64,000 nt of DNA, taken from positions 1,674,001 through 1,738,000 of the forward strand of contig OZ025780.1 in NCBI GenBank assembly GCA_964019425.1. Direction: 5' to 3'. The notes beneath the pieces are model-generated. The model was given only the letters and a program-made list of their open reading frames with translations. It did not search any database and was not told the DNA's origin. The translations under genes were made by a program, and so were the position numbers. Source of the stretch: Flectonema sp. DT1601 (lineage: Eukaryota). Shown piece after piece: positions 35,028 through 46,819 of this stretch. Positions within the stretch are counted from its first letter, which is position 1; every line of letters begins with the position of its first letter.

Positions 35028-36236
35028 CTGGGATAAGTGGCTCCGTCAACTTACTTTCTCATTATGCATTATGAATTATCAGTTTTTTTTTTTTTTTTTT
35101 TTTTGTAATCACCACGTTCGTATTTTATTGTTTTCCCTCTTTTTTCTTTTCCCCTGTTTTTCTCTAAAGTACAATATTCTTCAGTCGAGTATTTTGATAT
35201 TAATTTTGTTTTAATACCTAAAAATTGTTATTGTTTTTCCGTTGTCAAAAGTTGCACCCCTATTTTCTATAACAAATAGGTAAATGTGCGATTTTTGATT
35301 TCTGGAAAGGTCATGTCTTCGTTGTTTCGTCTATTGTGTTTTGACACTGGTATGAATAGCTCTCCCCTTTTTTCTGGTATATCTTCTGGTCAATAAGACA
35401 AAAAAAAATATATTTCTTTTTTCTTTTTTTCTAAACAACTGCAAATAGTTTCAGTCAAGTACTTGATATTTATTTGCCTAAAGTTGTTGCTGTTTTTACA
35501 TTGTCAACGTTTCTCCTCCTCCTTTTTTATTTCCCCATCCTTTTTTTGTGTAGTTGAACCTTATAGTCTTTTGCTCCAATATATATATCGGAGTCCATCA
35601 TTCGAGTAGCCTCTTGACGACATCGATTAAAAAAAAAAAAAAAAAGTAATTTTTTCTTTTTTAAAGTCCTAGTCACAAGATTGCATAAGATTTTTTTTTT
35701 TTTTTTTTTTTTCCATCTCTGAGACATGTTTTTCGAGCGAAAGAGAATTTGTGGCAGCGTAACAACGTTAGCAACCTTTACTATATAGGCTTGTTTCCAG
35801 TTGTGCGCAAATGAAATATGGCACAACAATGTTGACACCTTATCTGTAGACGCCATTGCTTTTTTTCTTTTTTTTTTTTTTTTTTGAATATGGAAAAAGA
35901 AAGTACTTAGTCTTTCAAGTAGTTATTTAATAGTGTTCGTTGTAGTTTTGTAACGCACCAACAACAAAAAAAAAAAAGAAATTCATTATATGAAAAAAAA
36001 GGAAAATACAACGCACGTGGGGATAACTGATACCTGTGTGTTCTTCCTTTGACAACTGGGAGGAAAAAAAAAAAAAAAATATCCGAAGACCACATTAAGA
36101 CTCATGTAGAAGTACTTGTCTATAATGCTCCATCTGTTTCGTGAATGTTGATTTTATTTTTTTTCTACGTTTATCTCTCTTCTCTACAGGAGTGCCATCT
36201 TACACTAATTATTTACACACATCGAAATGACAATTA

Positions 36237-37905
36237 ATGAGGTGTTTCACATCACAATCAATTCGTCACCAGAGTTTCATCGCTTTGGTTTTTATTTGTT
36301 GTGTTAGCATACTGCTTGTCGTATTGTCTTTTCGTGAAATTCAGCTACTGCGAGGGAGAGGGAGAGAACATGTTTCGATAAAAGAAGAGTTCAGGAATCT
36401 GGATGATGATTTGAGTGTGTTTTCAGCATCCACAATGAGACGTTGGGACAATTTAACGTCAACCGTGTCATCCATTGCAACGACAGAGAGCTATTTGAGG
36501 AAATTGGGAAGTTTTCCAAAAATGTGTGGCAAGAGTGCACCTATTATTCTAAGATCCAGTTCAGTCGAAGAAAAAAAACCCGTAGTCCACGTAGGCAAAG
36601 GAAGTAATGCGGCAGCGCAATACCTACTTACTGGTGAGGGTTGGTATCAATATTTGCGAATAATTGAAAATAAAAATCCGTCAAAGTGGAATTTATTTTA
36701 TTCAACAAAAAAACGAACCGCTCAGCAGTTGGCAGTACCTCCAGTGGTGACACCACGTGAGCTGAACATGTCTAAAAACTGGCCTGTCTGGTCTCAAGGA
36801 GGACATGATAAGGGAAACTGGCACGTCTCTTGGGATGGTTCTAACCGTCTGCCGAATATCATTTTACCATCGCCACCTCTTTGGTTTCTTACTATTAAAG
36901 ATGCATTCATATTTGACTATTCGGTAGCGACTTGTTCATATGTCTTAACGTCTGGGGGATGTGTAGTTCCAAAATTTGGGTTCCTTCCAACGGTGTCATA
37001 CCAAAAGGGTTTGTTTCCCTCTTCTTTTTTTTTTAATAATAAAATTTTTTTTCCACGAAAAAAAAAAAAAAAATAATAATTATATTGAAACAAAAACAGT
37101 TGCTCTGTTTTGTGATGGTTGGTGTGGCGGTTATTTCCATTTTGTATTTGAGCACCTCCCACGGATTGCTTTAATAATAGACATTCTCAACAAGAACCCT
37201 GAGATTAAAATTACTTTACCAATCCTGGGAGGGAAAAAACCAGGATTCCCGATACACGCAGTGCAATATTTAGTTGACGTATTTAAAATACAAAGAAACA
37301 GACTCATTGATGGTAGTAAATCGATCCATAGCACCCTCACTCTACTTCCAATGCCAATGCCATGCGGGAATATGTATCGTAATGCGCTGTTACATTTGAG
37401 AAAAATAGTTTATAATGAATTGAAGTTAAGTGAAGTTAGGGAGAACAAGTTGTTTAAGATTATTTTAGCTGAGAGAAATCACTCACGGATGCCGATAAAC
37501 TGGTCTGAAATCGTCTTAGCAATTAAAAATATATCCGAAATAGAATTGGTGATTACACAACCTAACTTATCAGTATCTGATCAAATTAAATTATTCCATT
37601 CTGCTGATATAGTCATTGGTCCACACGGTGCAAATCTCGCCAACACGATTTGGATGCTACCATCATCAACTGTTCTAGAACTACACTCATACCATTATGG
37701 AAATATGTGTTATTACAAAGCAGGTCAACAAATTGGGATCAAGTGGAGATTTGCCCTTCATATGAAAGAAAAAGAATCAACCAATTATACAATACCAGTA
37801 GATGATGTAATGTTTCATATTAACGATGCTATGAATATATTTTTTTTAAAAAATTATTTTTCCCATTCGGGAAGAGCCAATCACCCTATGCAAGTGATTC
37901 TTTAA
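36237..37905 (+). CDS. Type II membrane glycosyltransferase, family GT61 (DUF563) (525 aa), join(36237..37008,37100..37905)
   Basis: N-terminal TM; YFHFVFEHLPRI and QIKLFHSADIVIGPHGANLAN motifs. Confidence 0.85.
37009..37099 (+). other. Spliceosomal intron, 91 nt, phase 1
   Basis: GTTTGT...poly(T)...poly(A)...AAAAACAG; restores frame. Confidence 0.85.
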
Positions 37906-37992
37906 CTCTATTGTACTTCACTATGAATTATTAAACAAGATCAATGTCACAATTATGTATTTTTTATATTCTAATTCAGGTAGATCATCACA

Positions 37993-40900
37993 ATGAAGAT
38001 TACCGGCTTATCGGATGAAGTGTTGAGCAGCAGTTGGTTCATTGAAAGCCACAGCGCTACATCTGAAGACACATTTACAATTGTTTTAAAAGAGGGAGTA
38101 GATGAGCTGAAATCGGCTGAAATGATTTGCCGTGAAGGAGGGGTATTAAAATATCAACCGATCAAAGAAAGAGAATCCCCAACAGGTAACATGAGCTACA
38201 TAGCAGTCAGAGCTATTGCGATGGATGACGGAGTTGTTTCCATTCCGGAGATCGATGGGATTTCGTTTAGTGAAATAATCAAAACCGATGAAGGCAATTC
38301 AAGCATTTGTGTAATTGGTGGTATCGACTTGTCATTAGAACAGTGGGTTGAGATTCGTTTAAAACTAGTAAAAAGCAATTCTTATTTTATAACATCGAAA
38401 TCACATCGGTGTTTTAGACTGCCAACTCATGGAGTTTACAGCAGTAAGACACCAGCTGTTTTACGACCAATTCCGTTATCCGGAAGACCAATTGAAGAAC
38501 ATATTTACCACTTGTCATATCATCTGGCTGCTTCACTTGTAATTAACAACATAGACGCCACTAACACTGAAAATAAAAATATTCAGGGGGGTATCGGCGA
38601 CTCGAGGTTCACAGTTATTACAATGATTAGTCCAAATATAAAATGCAAATCATGCACGACTGCAATAAATAGATCTCTGAGTAAGAATTTAAAATTGACT
38701 CCGATGGTTGACTTTACTCAGGTTCTTGATAAAAAATGTTTATATGTAGCAATAAGACACGATAAATCATCTACTTCTGATGATAGAGAGGCTGAAATTA
38801 GAAAATTAATATCGGAGGTAGAATCTCAACTAACGGAACTAAACTTAGCAGCAGAACAAATTGATACAGTCGAGGTTATTATTAGTGAGAATGATAGAGA
38901 ATTGGATGAAATATGTAACAAAGGTTATCAAGAAAAGATAGCAGAACCATCTTATGAATTTAACATTCCGACTGTTGGAGAAACCATTCAGGCAGATCAA
39001 GAAACTGAAATCGCATCTCCGCCACCGGTTTGTGAAATCGAAGAGTTTTCTTTTGTTGTAAAAGGAATGACATGTGCTGCTTGTGCATTGGAAATAGAGC
39101 ATCACTTTGAGGACCACTTCGAAGATGTTCAAAAAGTTGCTGTTAACTTCGCGATATCGAACGCGAAAATAACTGTAAAAAAGAATGAATACACTCCTCA
39201 GCAATTATCTCAGATTATTAACGGGCTTGGGTTTACAGCCATAGCAATCTCTTCTAACGATGAGGCATCAAGGGACCTACTTAGAAAATCACTGAGCAAT
39301 GAAGATGACATCATTCAAAAACGTCGTGCAGCATACAGCAGTATGGCATTTTCAGTTCCACTTCTGTTTTTGATCCTGATACTTTCGCACATTGATATGG
39401 TTCACAAAGTGTTATCAACTAAAGTATTATGTGACGTTACCGTGTTACCACTTATCGAAATAGCAGTCTCAACACCTGTTGTGTTTTATTGGGGTTCTCC
39501 ATTTTTCATAAAAACAAAAATCGCACTCAGCAACAAAACATTCACCATGGACGTGTTGGTGACATTGGGAGTGTCGACCGCATATTTTTCTTCATTGGGA
39601 ATGCTTATAGCCGCATTGCGTAATAATAGTGATAAAAAATACCACTATGGATTTCATACTGCTGCTTCATTGATTGCTTTTATGTTGTTAGGGAAGTATA
39701 TTGAACAAAGGGCTAAGTCGAAAACAACATCAGCATTGCTTCACTTAATGGATTTACAACCGTCAGTTGCAGCTGTATTAGTGCCTGAATGGTTATCAAT
39801 TCCAATAAAACAAATTGTTAAAGGAGACTCAGTGAAAGTATCAGGTTTAACTAACGTACCAACAACATCAATCGTTGAATCTGGTGAGCTTCAAGATAAT
39901 AACGGAAAGATATTTCGAAAAGGAGCTATTGTTGAAGAAGGAACAATAATAAAGCAACCCTGCACAGTAGTTCTAACATCAACAGCCAATGGTACTATTG
40001 ATGGCAAGGCTGAGGTACTACGAGGTGAATACATGGAACAACCTGTCTCAGAAGTACAAAAAGGTGACTTCGTCAGAGTCACTGCCGGAGGATCAATTCC
40101 TGTTGATGGAGAAGTAAAATCTGGAGAAATGGCAGTCGATGAAAGTATGCTCACAGGCGAATCAATACCTGTACCAAAAACTGTATCTGATAAAGTAGCA
40201 GGTGGTAGTTTATGCAAAGATGGCTCAGCAGTCGTTAGAGTCACTGCCGTTGGAGCAGACTCATGCGTCTCTCAAATTATTGCACTCGTCAGCAATGCTC
40301 AAACATCTAAAGCACCTATTCAGAAGTATGCCGACAGGGTTGCTGGGGTATTTGTCCCAGCTGTAATTATCTATTCTGCTGTTGTTTTTACTATTTGGTT
40401 TCTTCTTGGAGTGACTGAAACATATCCTGAACACTGCAAGAAGGATGATATCTGTATCAGCCTTGCGATGAATTTCCTTATTGCAACCTTAGTCATTGCA
40501 TGTCCATGTGCGATGGGACTCGCTACACCAACAGCGGTAATGGTTGGAACTGGTATCGGTGCGAAGAATGGAATATTTATAAAAGGAGGAGACATCCTTG
40601 AGCAAGCACACCATTGCAACACCGTTATATTTGATAAGACGGGTACATTATCTAGTGGGGATATCTCAGTTATAGAGTGTCAACACAGTTGTTCAACTCC
40701 TCCTCAAATTCACTTGGCTGCAATTAGAGAAGTGGAAGATCAGTCATCGCACCCAATAGCAATATCAATTAACCACTTCATCGGTGACGTGGGTGAAAAA
40801 CCAACCGTCGACAACCATAAAACGATACCTGGAAAGGGTGTGACAGCTACTGCTAATAATTTCGTAGTTAAGATTGGTTCTTATGCTTGGTTTAAACCTG

Positions 40901-41700
40901 AAGAGATTCCTTATCCTGATATTAACGCTGCTGCAGAGCAATGGTTAGCTGGGGGTTTCACAGTTGTTGTAGCAACAACACAGAAATTAGAATCACAAGA
41001 AGCCCCGACAGTATCAATATTTGCTCTTAGAGATCAACCAAAACCTGAAGCAACCGCCGTAGTAAATCATCTTCAAAGAAAAGGCATTGAAGTATACCTT
41101 GTGTCTGGTGATGCGAAGTCTGCAGCTCATCATTTTGCAAGTTTGGTAGGCATCCCTCAACGAAGAGTGTTCGCAGAACAACTACCAAAAGAAAAAGCTG
41201 ACATTGTAGAAGCAATCCAAAAGGGACAACTTCAAGATGAGAGTGAACTAGAAAGTTCAATTGCAGTCGACGTAGAGATGTCAGATGTCAGAATGTTAGC
41301 CTCAGATGAAGCAGACGACAGTAAGAAGAACACGGTTGCGTTTGTTGGAGATGGAATTAACGATGCTGTTGCATTGGCAGCTGCTGATGTTGGTATTGCT
41401 TTAGGTGCCGGGACATCAGTAGCGCTTGAAGCAGCATCGTGTGTTTTAACTAGAAATAACCTTCGTGATGTTGTTACTTTCTTAAGCCTCTCTACTACAG
41501 TCATGAACAGGATTAAGTTAAACTTTTTCTGGGCTTTTGGTTACAATGTCTTAGCCATTCCTATTGCCAGTGGATTTTTCTATCCAATTTGGCATTGGCA
41601 ACTACCACCTACCGCAGGTGGTATCGCGATGATCTTTTCGTCTATTGCAGTGTTGTTGTCTTCGTTACATTTAAAAATGTTTTCGCCTCCGAAATTTTAG
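37993..41700 (+). CDS. Copper(I)-transporting P1B-type ATPase, ATP7/CopA-like (1235 aa)
   Basis: GMTCAAC metal-binding domain, TGES, CPC, DKTGT, SSHP, GDGIND, and YN and MxxSS in the last TMs. Confidence 0.95.
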   Translation: MKITGLSDEVLSSSWFIESHSATSEDTFTIVLKEGVDELKSAEMICREGGVLKYQPIKERESPTGNMSYIAVRAIAMDDGVVSIPEIDGISFSEIIKTDEGNSSICVIGGIDLSLEQWVEIRLKLVKSNSYFITSKSHRCFRLPTHGVYSSKTPAVLRPIPLSGRPIEEHIYHLSYHLAASLVINNIDATNTENKNIQGGIGDSRFTVITMISPNIKCKSCTTAINRSLSKNLKLTPMVDFTQVLDKKCLYVAIRHDKSSTSDDREAEIRKLISEVESQLTELNLAAEQIDTVEVIISENDRELDEICNKGYQEKIAEPSYEFNIPTVGETIQADQETEIASPPPVCEIEEFSFVVKGMTCAACALEIEHHFEDHFEDVQKVAVNFAISNAKITVKKNEYTPQQLSQIINGLGFTAIAISSNDEASRDLLRKSLSNEDDIIQKRRAAYSSMAFSVPLLFLILILSHIDMVHKVLSTKVLCDVTVLPLIEIAVSTPVVFYWGSPFFIKTKIALSNKTFTMDVLVTLGVSTAYFSSLGMLIAALRNNSDKKYHYGFHTAASLIAFMLLGKYIEQRAKSKTTSALLHLMDLQPSVAAVLVPEWLSIPIKQIVKGDSVKVSGLTNVPTTSIVESGELQDNNGKIFRKGAIVEEGTIIKQPCTVVLTSTANGTIDGKAEVLRGEYMEQPVSEVQKGDFVRVTAGGSIPVDGEVKSGEMAVDESMLTGESIPVPKTVSDKVAGGSLCKDGSAVVRVTAVGADSCVSQIIALVSNAQTSKAPIQKYADRVAGVFVPAVIIYSAVVFTIWFLLGVTETYPEHCKKDDICISLAMNFLIATLVIACPCAMGLATPTAVMVGTGIGAKNGIFIKGGDILEQAHHCNTVIFDKTGTLSSGDISVIECQHSCSTPPQIHLAAIREVEDQSSHPIAISINHFIGDVGEKPTVDNHKTIPGKGVTATANNFVVKIGSYAWFKPEEIPYPDINAAAEQWLAGGFTVVVATTQKLESQEAPTVSIFALRDQPKPEATAVVNHLQRKGIEVYLVSGDAKSAAHHFASLVGIPQRRVFAEQLPKEKADIVEAIQKGQLQDESELESSIAVDVEMSDVRMLASDEADDSKKNTVAFVGDGINDAVALAAADVGIALGAGTSVALEAASCVLTRNNLRDVVTFLSLSTTVMNRIKLNFFWAFGYNVLAIPIASGFFYPIWHWQLPPTAGGIAMIFSSIAVLLSSLHLKMFSPPKF

Positions 41701-43521
41701 GGAAGGGAAAAAAAAAAAAAAAAAAAAAAATTGTAATCCCCCGTCAATTCTCAGTTATTAGCACTGATTCGATAAATTATTTTGTCTTTTTCAAAACTGA
41801 AACCTAACTTCCCTATTTTAATAATAATAAAAAAAAAAAAACGAAAAACAAAAAAACAAACAAACAAAAAACGATGCTTATCTAACTCTCTTAAAAACTG
41901 TCAATGAAATAAGAAATAAATCTCCCTCTCAAGGGGGAAGTCCATCTTGTTGATAGTACGAATGGATGTGAATTAGGATTCAAGGCCTACTCAACCCTTG
42001 CGAACACACTTGATCGCGTAAAAGGTCAGGGGAGTTTCAAGTGCCTCGTAGAATCGAAAAAAAAAAACTTGTGTGAATTTTATGTACACATATGTCACAT
42101 GTGTGTTTTTACGTTTTGTATTTCTTTCTGTTATTTCGGATTATTTGGGAGGGGGTGGGGGGGGGGAGATCTCACTGTTATTTATTTTATGTTATTTGTA
42201 GGCAAAGCAAACTTTGATACAGAACTTGTGGTGGTTTTCACCATCGTGTCTTCCAGCTACTGACTGGAATGACGCAAAGAGGTGCCTAAGTTTGTCTTGC
42301 AATGATCAACTAGCTCCTCTCTCGTAGTATTGAACTCTACATCGCACACAGGGAAGAGGTGTCGGCTTTGAGTCAAAGTGCTTAGATTAGACTTGACTCA
42401 GGCAGGTGTATCAACAAAAAATATATTTCTGCTTGATTTCTGCACCTGTGCTTGCAATGTAAGGTATCAATCTTCCTCCTTATCGTCTGTGGTTGTCGTT
42501 CTCCATCGTATGTGTAGCTCAGTGTACTTCTAAACAAACCTTTACTATGTTTCTCCAGCTCTGCACTTGTAGTGCAGAGAGAGAGGGCGCAACAAGGACT
42601 GCGCAACAAAGCAGTTGAACTTCTGATAAACGACTATTTTTAATTTTTTTCTTCTTCCTTCGCCTTAAGACGTGACACAATTCCCGAGGTGTCTCTACGT
42701 GAGTACATTGTCAAGGGTTCTGCGTGTGTTTTTTTTTAAAACTCTCTATTTCCTTTTAGCTTATCTCTCCATTAAGTTTGAAGGTTAACAGCTTTTTTCA
42801 GGATTTGTTTTTTTTTTTTCGAGGGCTGATCTACTCGTTGAGCGGCGGACGATTTTCTTTACGTTGTTCTTTTTCTTTTTTTTTTTTCCATTTGTGACGG
42901 CTATCCCAAATTTGATTAATTTTCGTTTTTTTTTGTATCAAGTAAGGCTTTGGGTAAAAAATTGCAGATCAAAAAAAAAAAGGTTCTCTAGCCATGCCAT
43001 CCATCGCAGCCAATGAATGCAACGTTTTCACGTTTATCCAGACAAAAGAAAAAAAATAAGGAGGGAATACATTGCCTTTTTCCTTCGATAGTGGAGGGGG
43101 TAAAAAAGCTGTGTGCGTTGTTGCGCAATTGCTGCAGAATAAAGAACCGTTGGATCAATGTAACCTGTACAGGAACTTGTATAGGGAAAAAAAAAAAAAA
43201 GAAAGAGAAAAAGAAAAAGAATCGTGCATTCAGTTTTTTTTTTTTTTCTTTTCTTCCCGTAGCGTATTTTTCCAACCGCGTGCATTATGTGCACAAAGGT
43301 GCAAAAGAGAGTGAACCAAAATGAAGAAAAAAAGAAAAAAAAAAAAAAAAAGGACGAACCCCGCTCAAAAAAAGCTCAATGTGGTTTGTGTTTCTACTGT
43401 TGGAATAATGTGTATTCATAGTGTTAATTCGCTAAAAAAGCATCGAAATACCCCACATGTAATTGGTACTCTGCGTTTTTCGTTCACTCAAAACTGTATT
43501 TCTTTTCCAGCAGCAAGAAAG

Positions 43522-44106
43522 ATGACAACTTCTGATGAAGATCATTATATTGATTCTTCGGAAATAGAAATGGATGACTGCATTAGATGGCGAGTCGATT
43601 TAAAAAAATTATCAAAACAAATGGAAGATAAAACCCACATCTGGGTTAGAATAAATGAAAAACAGAAATTTCGAATTGAAAAAGGAGAATCCGAATTGGA
43701 TATTTGCGTCAGCTATGATGAGGCTCTTGAGAATGATTTTATATGTCCAGAAGACCCTTGGATTCAACTTCAGAAAGACCACGAAGAATTGACTGCAAGG
43801 CAACCAGTTCCTTCATCAGATTTCGACTACGGAGACACCACAGATTTCGATGAAATATACCTTCACAGAAATACTCAACCCGCACTCCAACGAGCTTGCG
43901 ATTTCGCAACCGACCAAGACAACGACAATCTCTCAGAACAAGTTGGAGATCATTTCTTTGCAGAAGCCCTTCGTCAAGAAGCATACGGCATCCAATCGGA
44001 AGGCAAAGCAGTAGAAATCTCCAAGCAATTTGCGGGGATGAAGTTCCCTGTGATGGAGCCAGAAAACAACACAAAAACCGGAACTACTGTACCACAAGAA
44101 GATTAA
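43522..44106 (+). CDS. Acidic hypothetical protein (194 aa)
   Basis: Coding-like composition from ATG 43522, 11 nt after a Y-rich AG (43509-43510); upstream part of the listed ORF is homopolymer-derived. Confidence 0.7.
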   Translation: MTTSDEDHYIDSSEIEMDDCIRWRVDLKKLSKQMEDKTHIWVRINEKQKFRIEKGESELDICVSYDEALENDFICPEDPWIQLQKDHEELTARQPVPSSDFDYGDTTDFDEIYLHRNTQPALQRACDFATDQDNDNLSEQVGDHFFAEALRQEAYGIQSEGKAVEISKQFAGMKFPVMEPENNTKTGTTVPQED

Positions 44107-44296
44107 TAATATAAAGCATCAAATATTGTGAATATGCTACACCCTAACTGAAGACTTACTCTGCTGTATGTTCATACGCTGTCCCTATCCACCGTGTGAT
44201 CTGATTTTCATGTTCGAACTATGTCGTGCCAACAACAGGTTTTGACACATGTTATGTCATTGTTTTTTTTTCATCAGGTAGCCGGAAACAACAACA

Positions 44297-46093
44297 ATGC
44301 AATTTCCGGGAACCGGTCCCGGTCCGTTTCAGCCGGGGCAGGAAGCTCAAGGGGGAACGGCAATGGGAGGAATGAACCCGTTTAAAAGTCAGCTGTGGAA
44401 GTTGAATCAAGAAATTGAAGGATTCTCAAGAAGAGTAACTGGAGGAAGCGTTCCAAATACTGGAAATGAAATGTCATTTGAGTCCTCAGGTTCAGGATTA
44501 GGATATTCAGGGCTCGGATCACCAATTAGTGCTGCTGGTAGTAATCAATTAATTAATAATAATCCTGGTATTGATATCCAACAGCAAGTTGGAGGTCTTC
44601 AAAACACACTTGAACAAGTTAATGGACATCTACAACGAGAACAACTTGAAAAACGAAAAGTACAAGACGAACTCGATCAACTTAAAGTACGTCTTTCTAT
44701 AGTCACAACTCAACAACAACATCAGCAACATCAGCAAGAGCAATCTGCTCCCAGAGATGATGAGATTCGTGAAAAGAATGAAACTATTTCAACTCTCCGT
44801 GAAGAGAAAGCAGTCATGAAAGAATGGCTAGACAGGGGAGTTGAAGAATGTCGTCGAGTTGCAGAGGAAGTTCAGCGACTTCGATCTGAAATAACTGACG
44901 GAGACAACGAGCGAGGAAGACTCGGTGAAGAGAAAGTCCGACTAGAGCAGATGTTAGAGCAGGTGATGTCTGAAGTTAGAAACACATCAACTCGATTAGA
45001 CCAAGAGAAAGGTGACAAAGAAACAGCGCTTGGACAAGCTGCTGAGAAACAACGAGAAATGATCGTCAATGGAGAACAACTGAAACAAACTCGCGCTGAA
45101 TGTGATAGACTCGCTTCTGAAGTAGCTCGTCTGATAGAGAAAGTCAGAGAAACAGAAGAATCTGAAACACATCTGAGAGTTATCGTATCTGGTGCTAAGA
45201 GAATGGCTGTTGCTTTCTTATCACTTCACACAGCAGTTGAACAGGAAAGGTTTACTGAATTAGTTTCAATTGATAACACAACAGATACTACTGCTGGTAC
45301 TGGAACTGTATCAGATGTATCTCTTCAGGGGAAAACTGCATTGAGTGAGTTGCAGGATGTTCTACTGGCGCTTCGATCTATTGTCCGAACTCGTTTTGAA
45401 GAAACACAAAACAGATGTCTTGAAGCAGCCAGAAGAGAAGAGTTCACAGCTAAGCAAGCCATGGAAGGAGCTATGAGAACAGAACAAGAACTACGAGAGC
45501 GCCATGCAATCGAACGTCGGCTTCTTGAAGGAAAACTTTCTGAAATGCAGGCGGAACTACATACGCTCAGTGATGCTCCAAGATTTGAACCGACTCCCTC
45601 GGAATACCAACAGCTCTCTTCACAACATCAGCAACCAGCAGACGCGGCCTCCTACGCTAAACTTTCGAAGATAGAGGCTCAAAATGCTAAGCTGAAGGAA
45701 AAAAATAAAAAATTAAAAATCGATTGGCACAAAATAACAGACATACGCAAATCCAACGAGAGACTTGAAATAGAAAAGAAGACTATGCTGGGATACATCG
45801 AAGGATTGGAAAGGGAATTACAAAATCACCAACAACGAAGCAGCCATCAAAATCCGATATATGGAAACCCTCCAGGAGGAACTGCAAGAGGAATGTCTCC
45901 AAGCAAGCGTTACGAATCAGAGCAAACTAGCCAAATGTGGAAGGAATGGAAACGCGGAGCTCTATCTTGGGATAGTTGGCAAAAATCACATTCTGAACAC
46001 ACCCCAAGACAAGCCTATTCAGGAACCCCTTCTTACCATCGAACGAGAGTTTCACCAGCGAGAGCTTCAGGTCCTTGGATGCCATCTCCATAA
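44297..46093 (+). CDS. Coiled-coil protein (598 aa)
   Basis: Long ORF, heptad-rich E/Q/R/L core, disordered G/P/S-rich termini. Confidence 0.85.
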   Translation: MQFPGTGPGPFQPGQEAQGGTAMGGMNPFKSQLWKLNQEIEGFSRRVTGGSVPNTGNEMSFESSGSGLGYSGLGSPISAAGSNQLINNNPGIDIQQQVGGLQNTLEQVNGHLQREQLEKRKVQDELDQLKVRLSIVTTQQQHQQHQQEQSAPRDDEIREKNETISTLREEKAVMKEWLDRGVEECRRVAEEVQRLRSEITDGDNERGRLGEEKVRLEQMLEQVMSEVRNTSTRLDQEKGDKETALGQAAEKQREMIVNGEQLKQTRAECDRLASEVARLIEKVRETEESETHLRVIVSGAKRMAVAFLSLHTAVEQERFTELVSIDNTTDTTAGTGTVSDVSLQGKTALSELQDVLLALRSIVRTRFEETQNRCLEAARREEFTAKQAMEGAMRTEQELRERHAIERRLLEGKLSEMQAELHTLSDAPRFEPTPSEYQQLSSQHQQPADAASYAKLSKIEAQNAKLKEKNKKLKIDWHKITDIRKSNERLEIEKKTMLGYIEGLERELQNHQQRSSHQNPIYGNPPGGTARGMSPSKRYESEQTSQMWKEWKRGALSWDSWQKSHSEHTPRQAYSGTPSYHRTRVSPARASGPWMPSP

Positions 46094-46503
46094 CCCAACT
46101 TCCTTCAATAGTAGTTTTTTAGGTTCCATTTATTGAATTAAAAAAAAAAAAAAAAGACTTTTTTTGTGGAAAAAAAACAAAACAAATGGTCCTCGATTTT
46201 GACTCAAAGTCATTGATGGAATTATAATTAATAAGTTATTGGTTTGGAAAAAAAAAAAAAAAAAAATGAAGAAAAAAAGTAGAACAAAACAGAACAGAAA
46301 CCTAGATGTTGTGTCAAATATATATAGTACCAAACAAAAAAAAAAAAAAAAAAAGGAAAACGTTTCATATTTTTGTGAGTTTGGGAGGTAAAAAAGAATG
46401 TATTTTTTTCTGTAAGTTATATTGTATTAGTGTGTACATCGTTTAATAACAATATAATAACATCTCATTGCCTACATCAGGTGCTAACAAATAACAAAAA
46501 TTA

Positions 46504-46782
46504 ATGCTTCGTCGTAGTATATCACGTAAGGGTTACTCTCCTTTGATATTCTCAACAAGAACAAAGATTTATAAAGTAAACGAGTTACAAGACTCTATCG
46601 ATGACACAACAAAAGATCCAATTGGGGTGCAGTATTATGATAAATTAAATTGGAGAGAGAGATTCGGATCAAAGCTGTTTTGGTGGTCGTGGGGGTTCGC
46701 AACAGTTCTTTATATTTATAGTTCCCTTGTTAGAAGAGCGAATGAAGGGCGGAGCGGATTAATAGCTGATGGTCACAGGTAG
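46504..46782 (+). CDS. Small probable mitochondrial single-pass membrane protein (92 aa)
   Basis: MLRRS start typical of short euglenozoan mitochondrial presequences; one hydrophobic/aromatic segment. Confidence 0.65.
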   Translation: MLRRSISRKGYSPLIFSTRTKIYKVNELQDSIDDTTKDPIGVQYYDKLNWRERFGSKLFWWSWGFATVLYIYSSLVRRANEGRSGLIADGHR

Positions 46783-46819
46783 ACTTTCTACACGTGTCAC
46801 TATTCTACATAACAAAATA

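Noticed and set aside
3248..41700. Functional sulfur/copper gene cluster (cysK-Grx, PLP lyase, Cu-ATPase)
   Set aside because: Genes are 5-25 kb apart among unrelated genes; directional clusters are not functional operons
42988..43521. Overlapping poly-Lys/poly-Phe ORFs here and at 48..236, 5102..5475, 48427..48684 and elsewhere
   Set aside because: Produced by poly(A)/poly(T) tracts that lack stop codons
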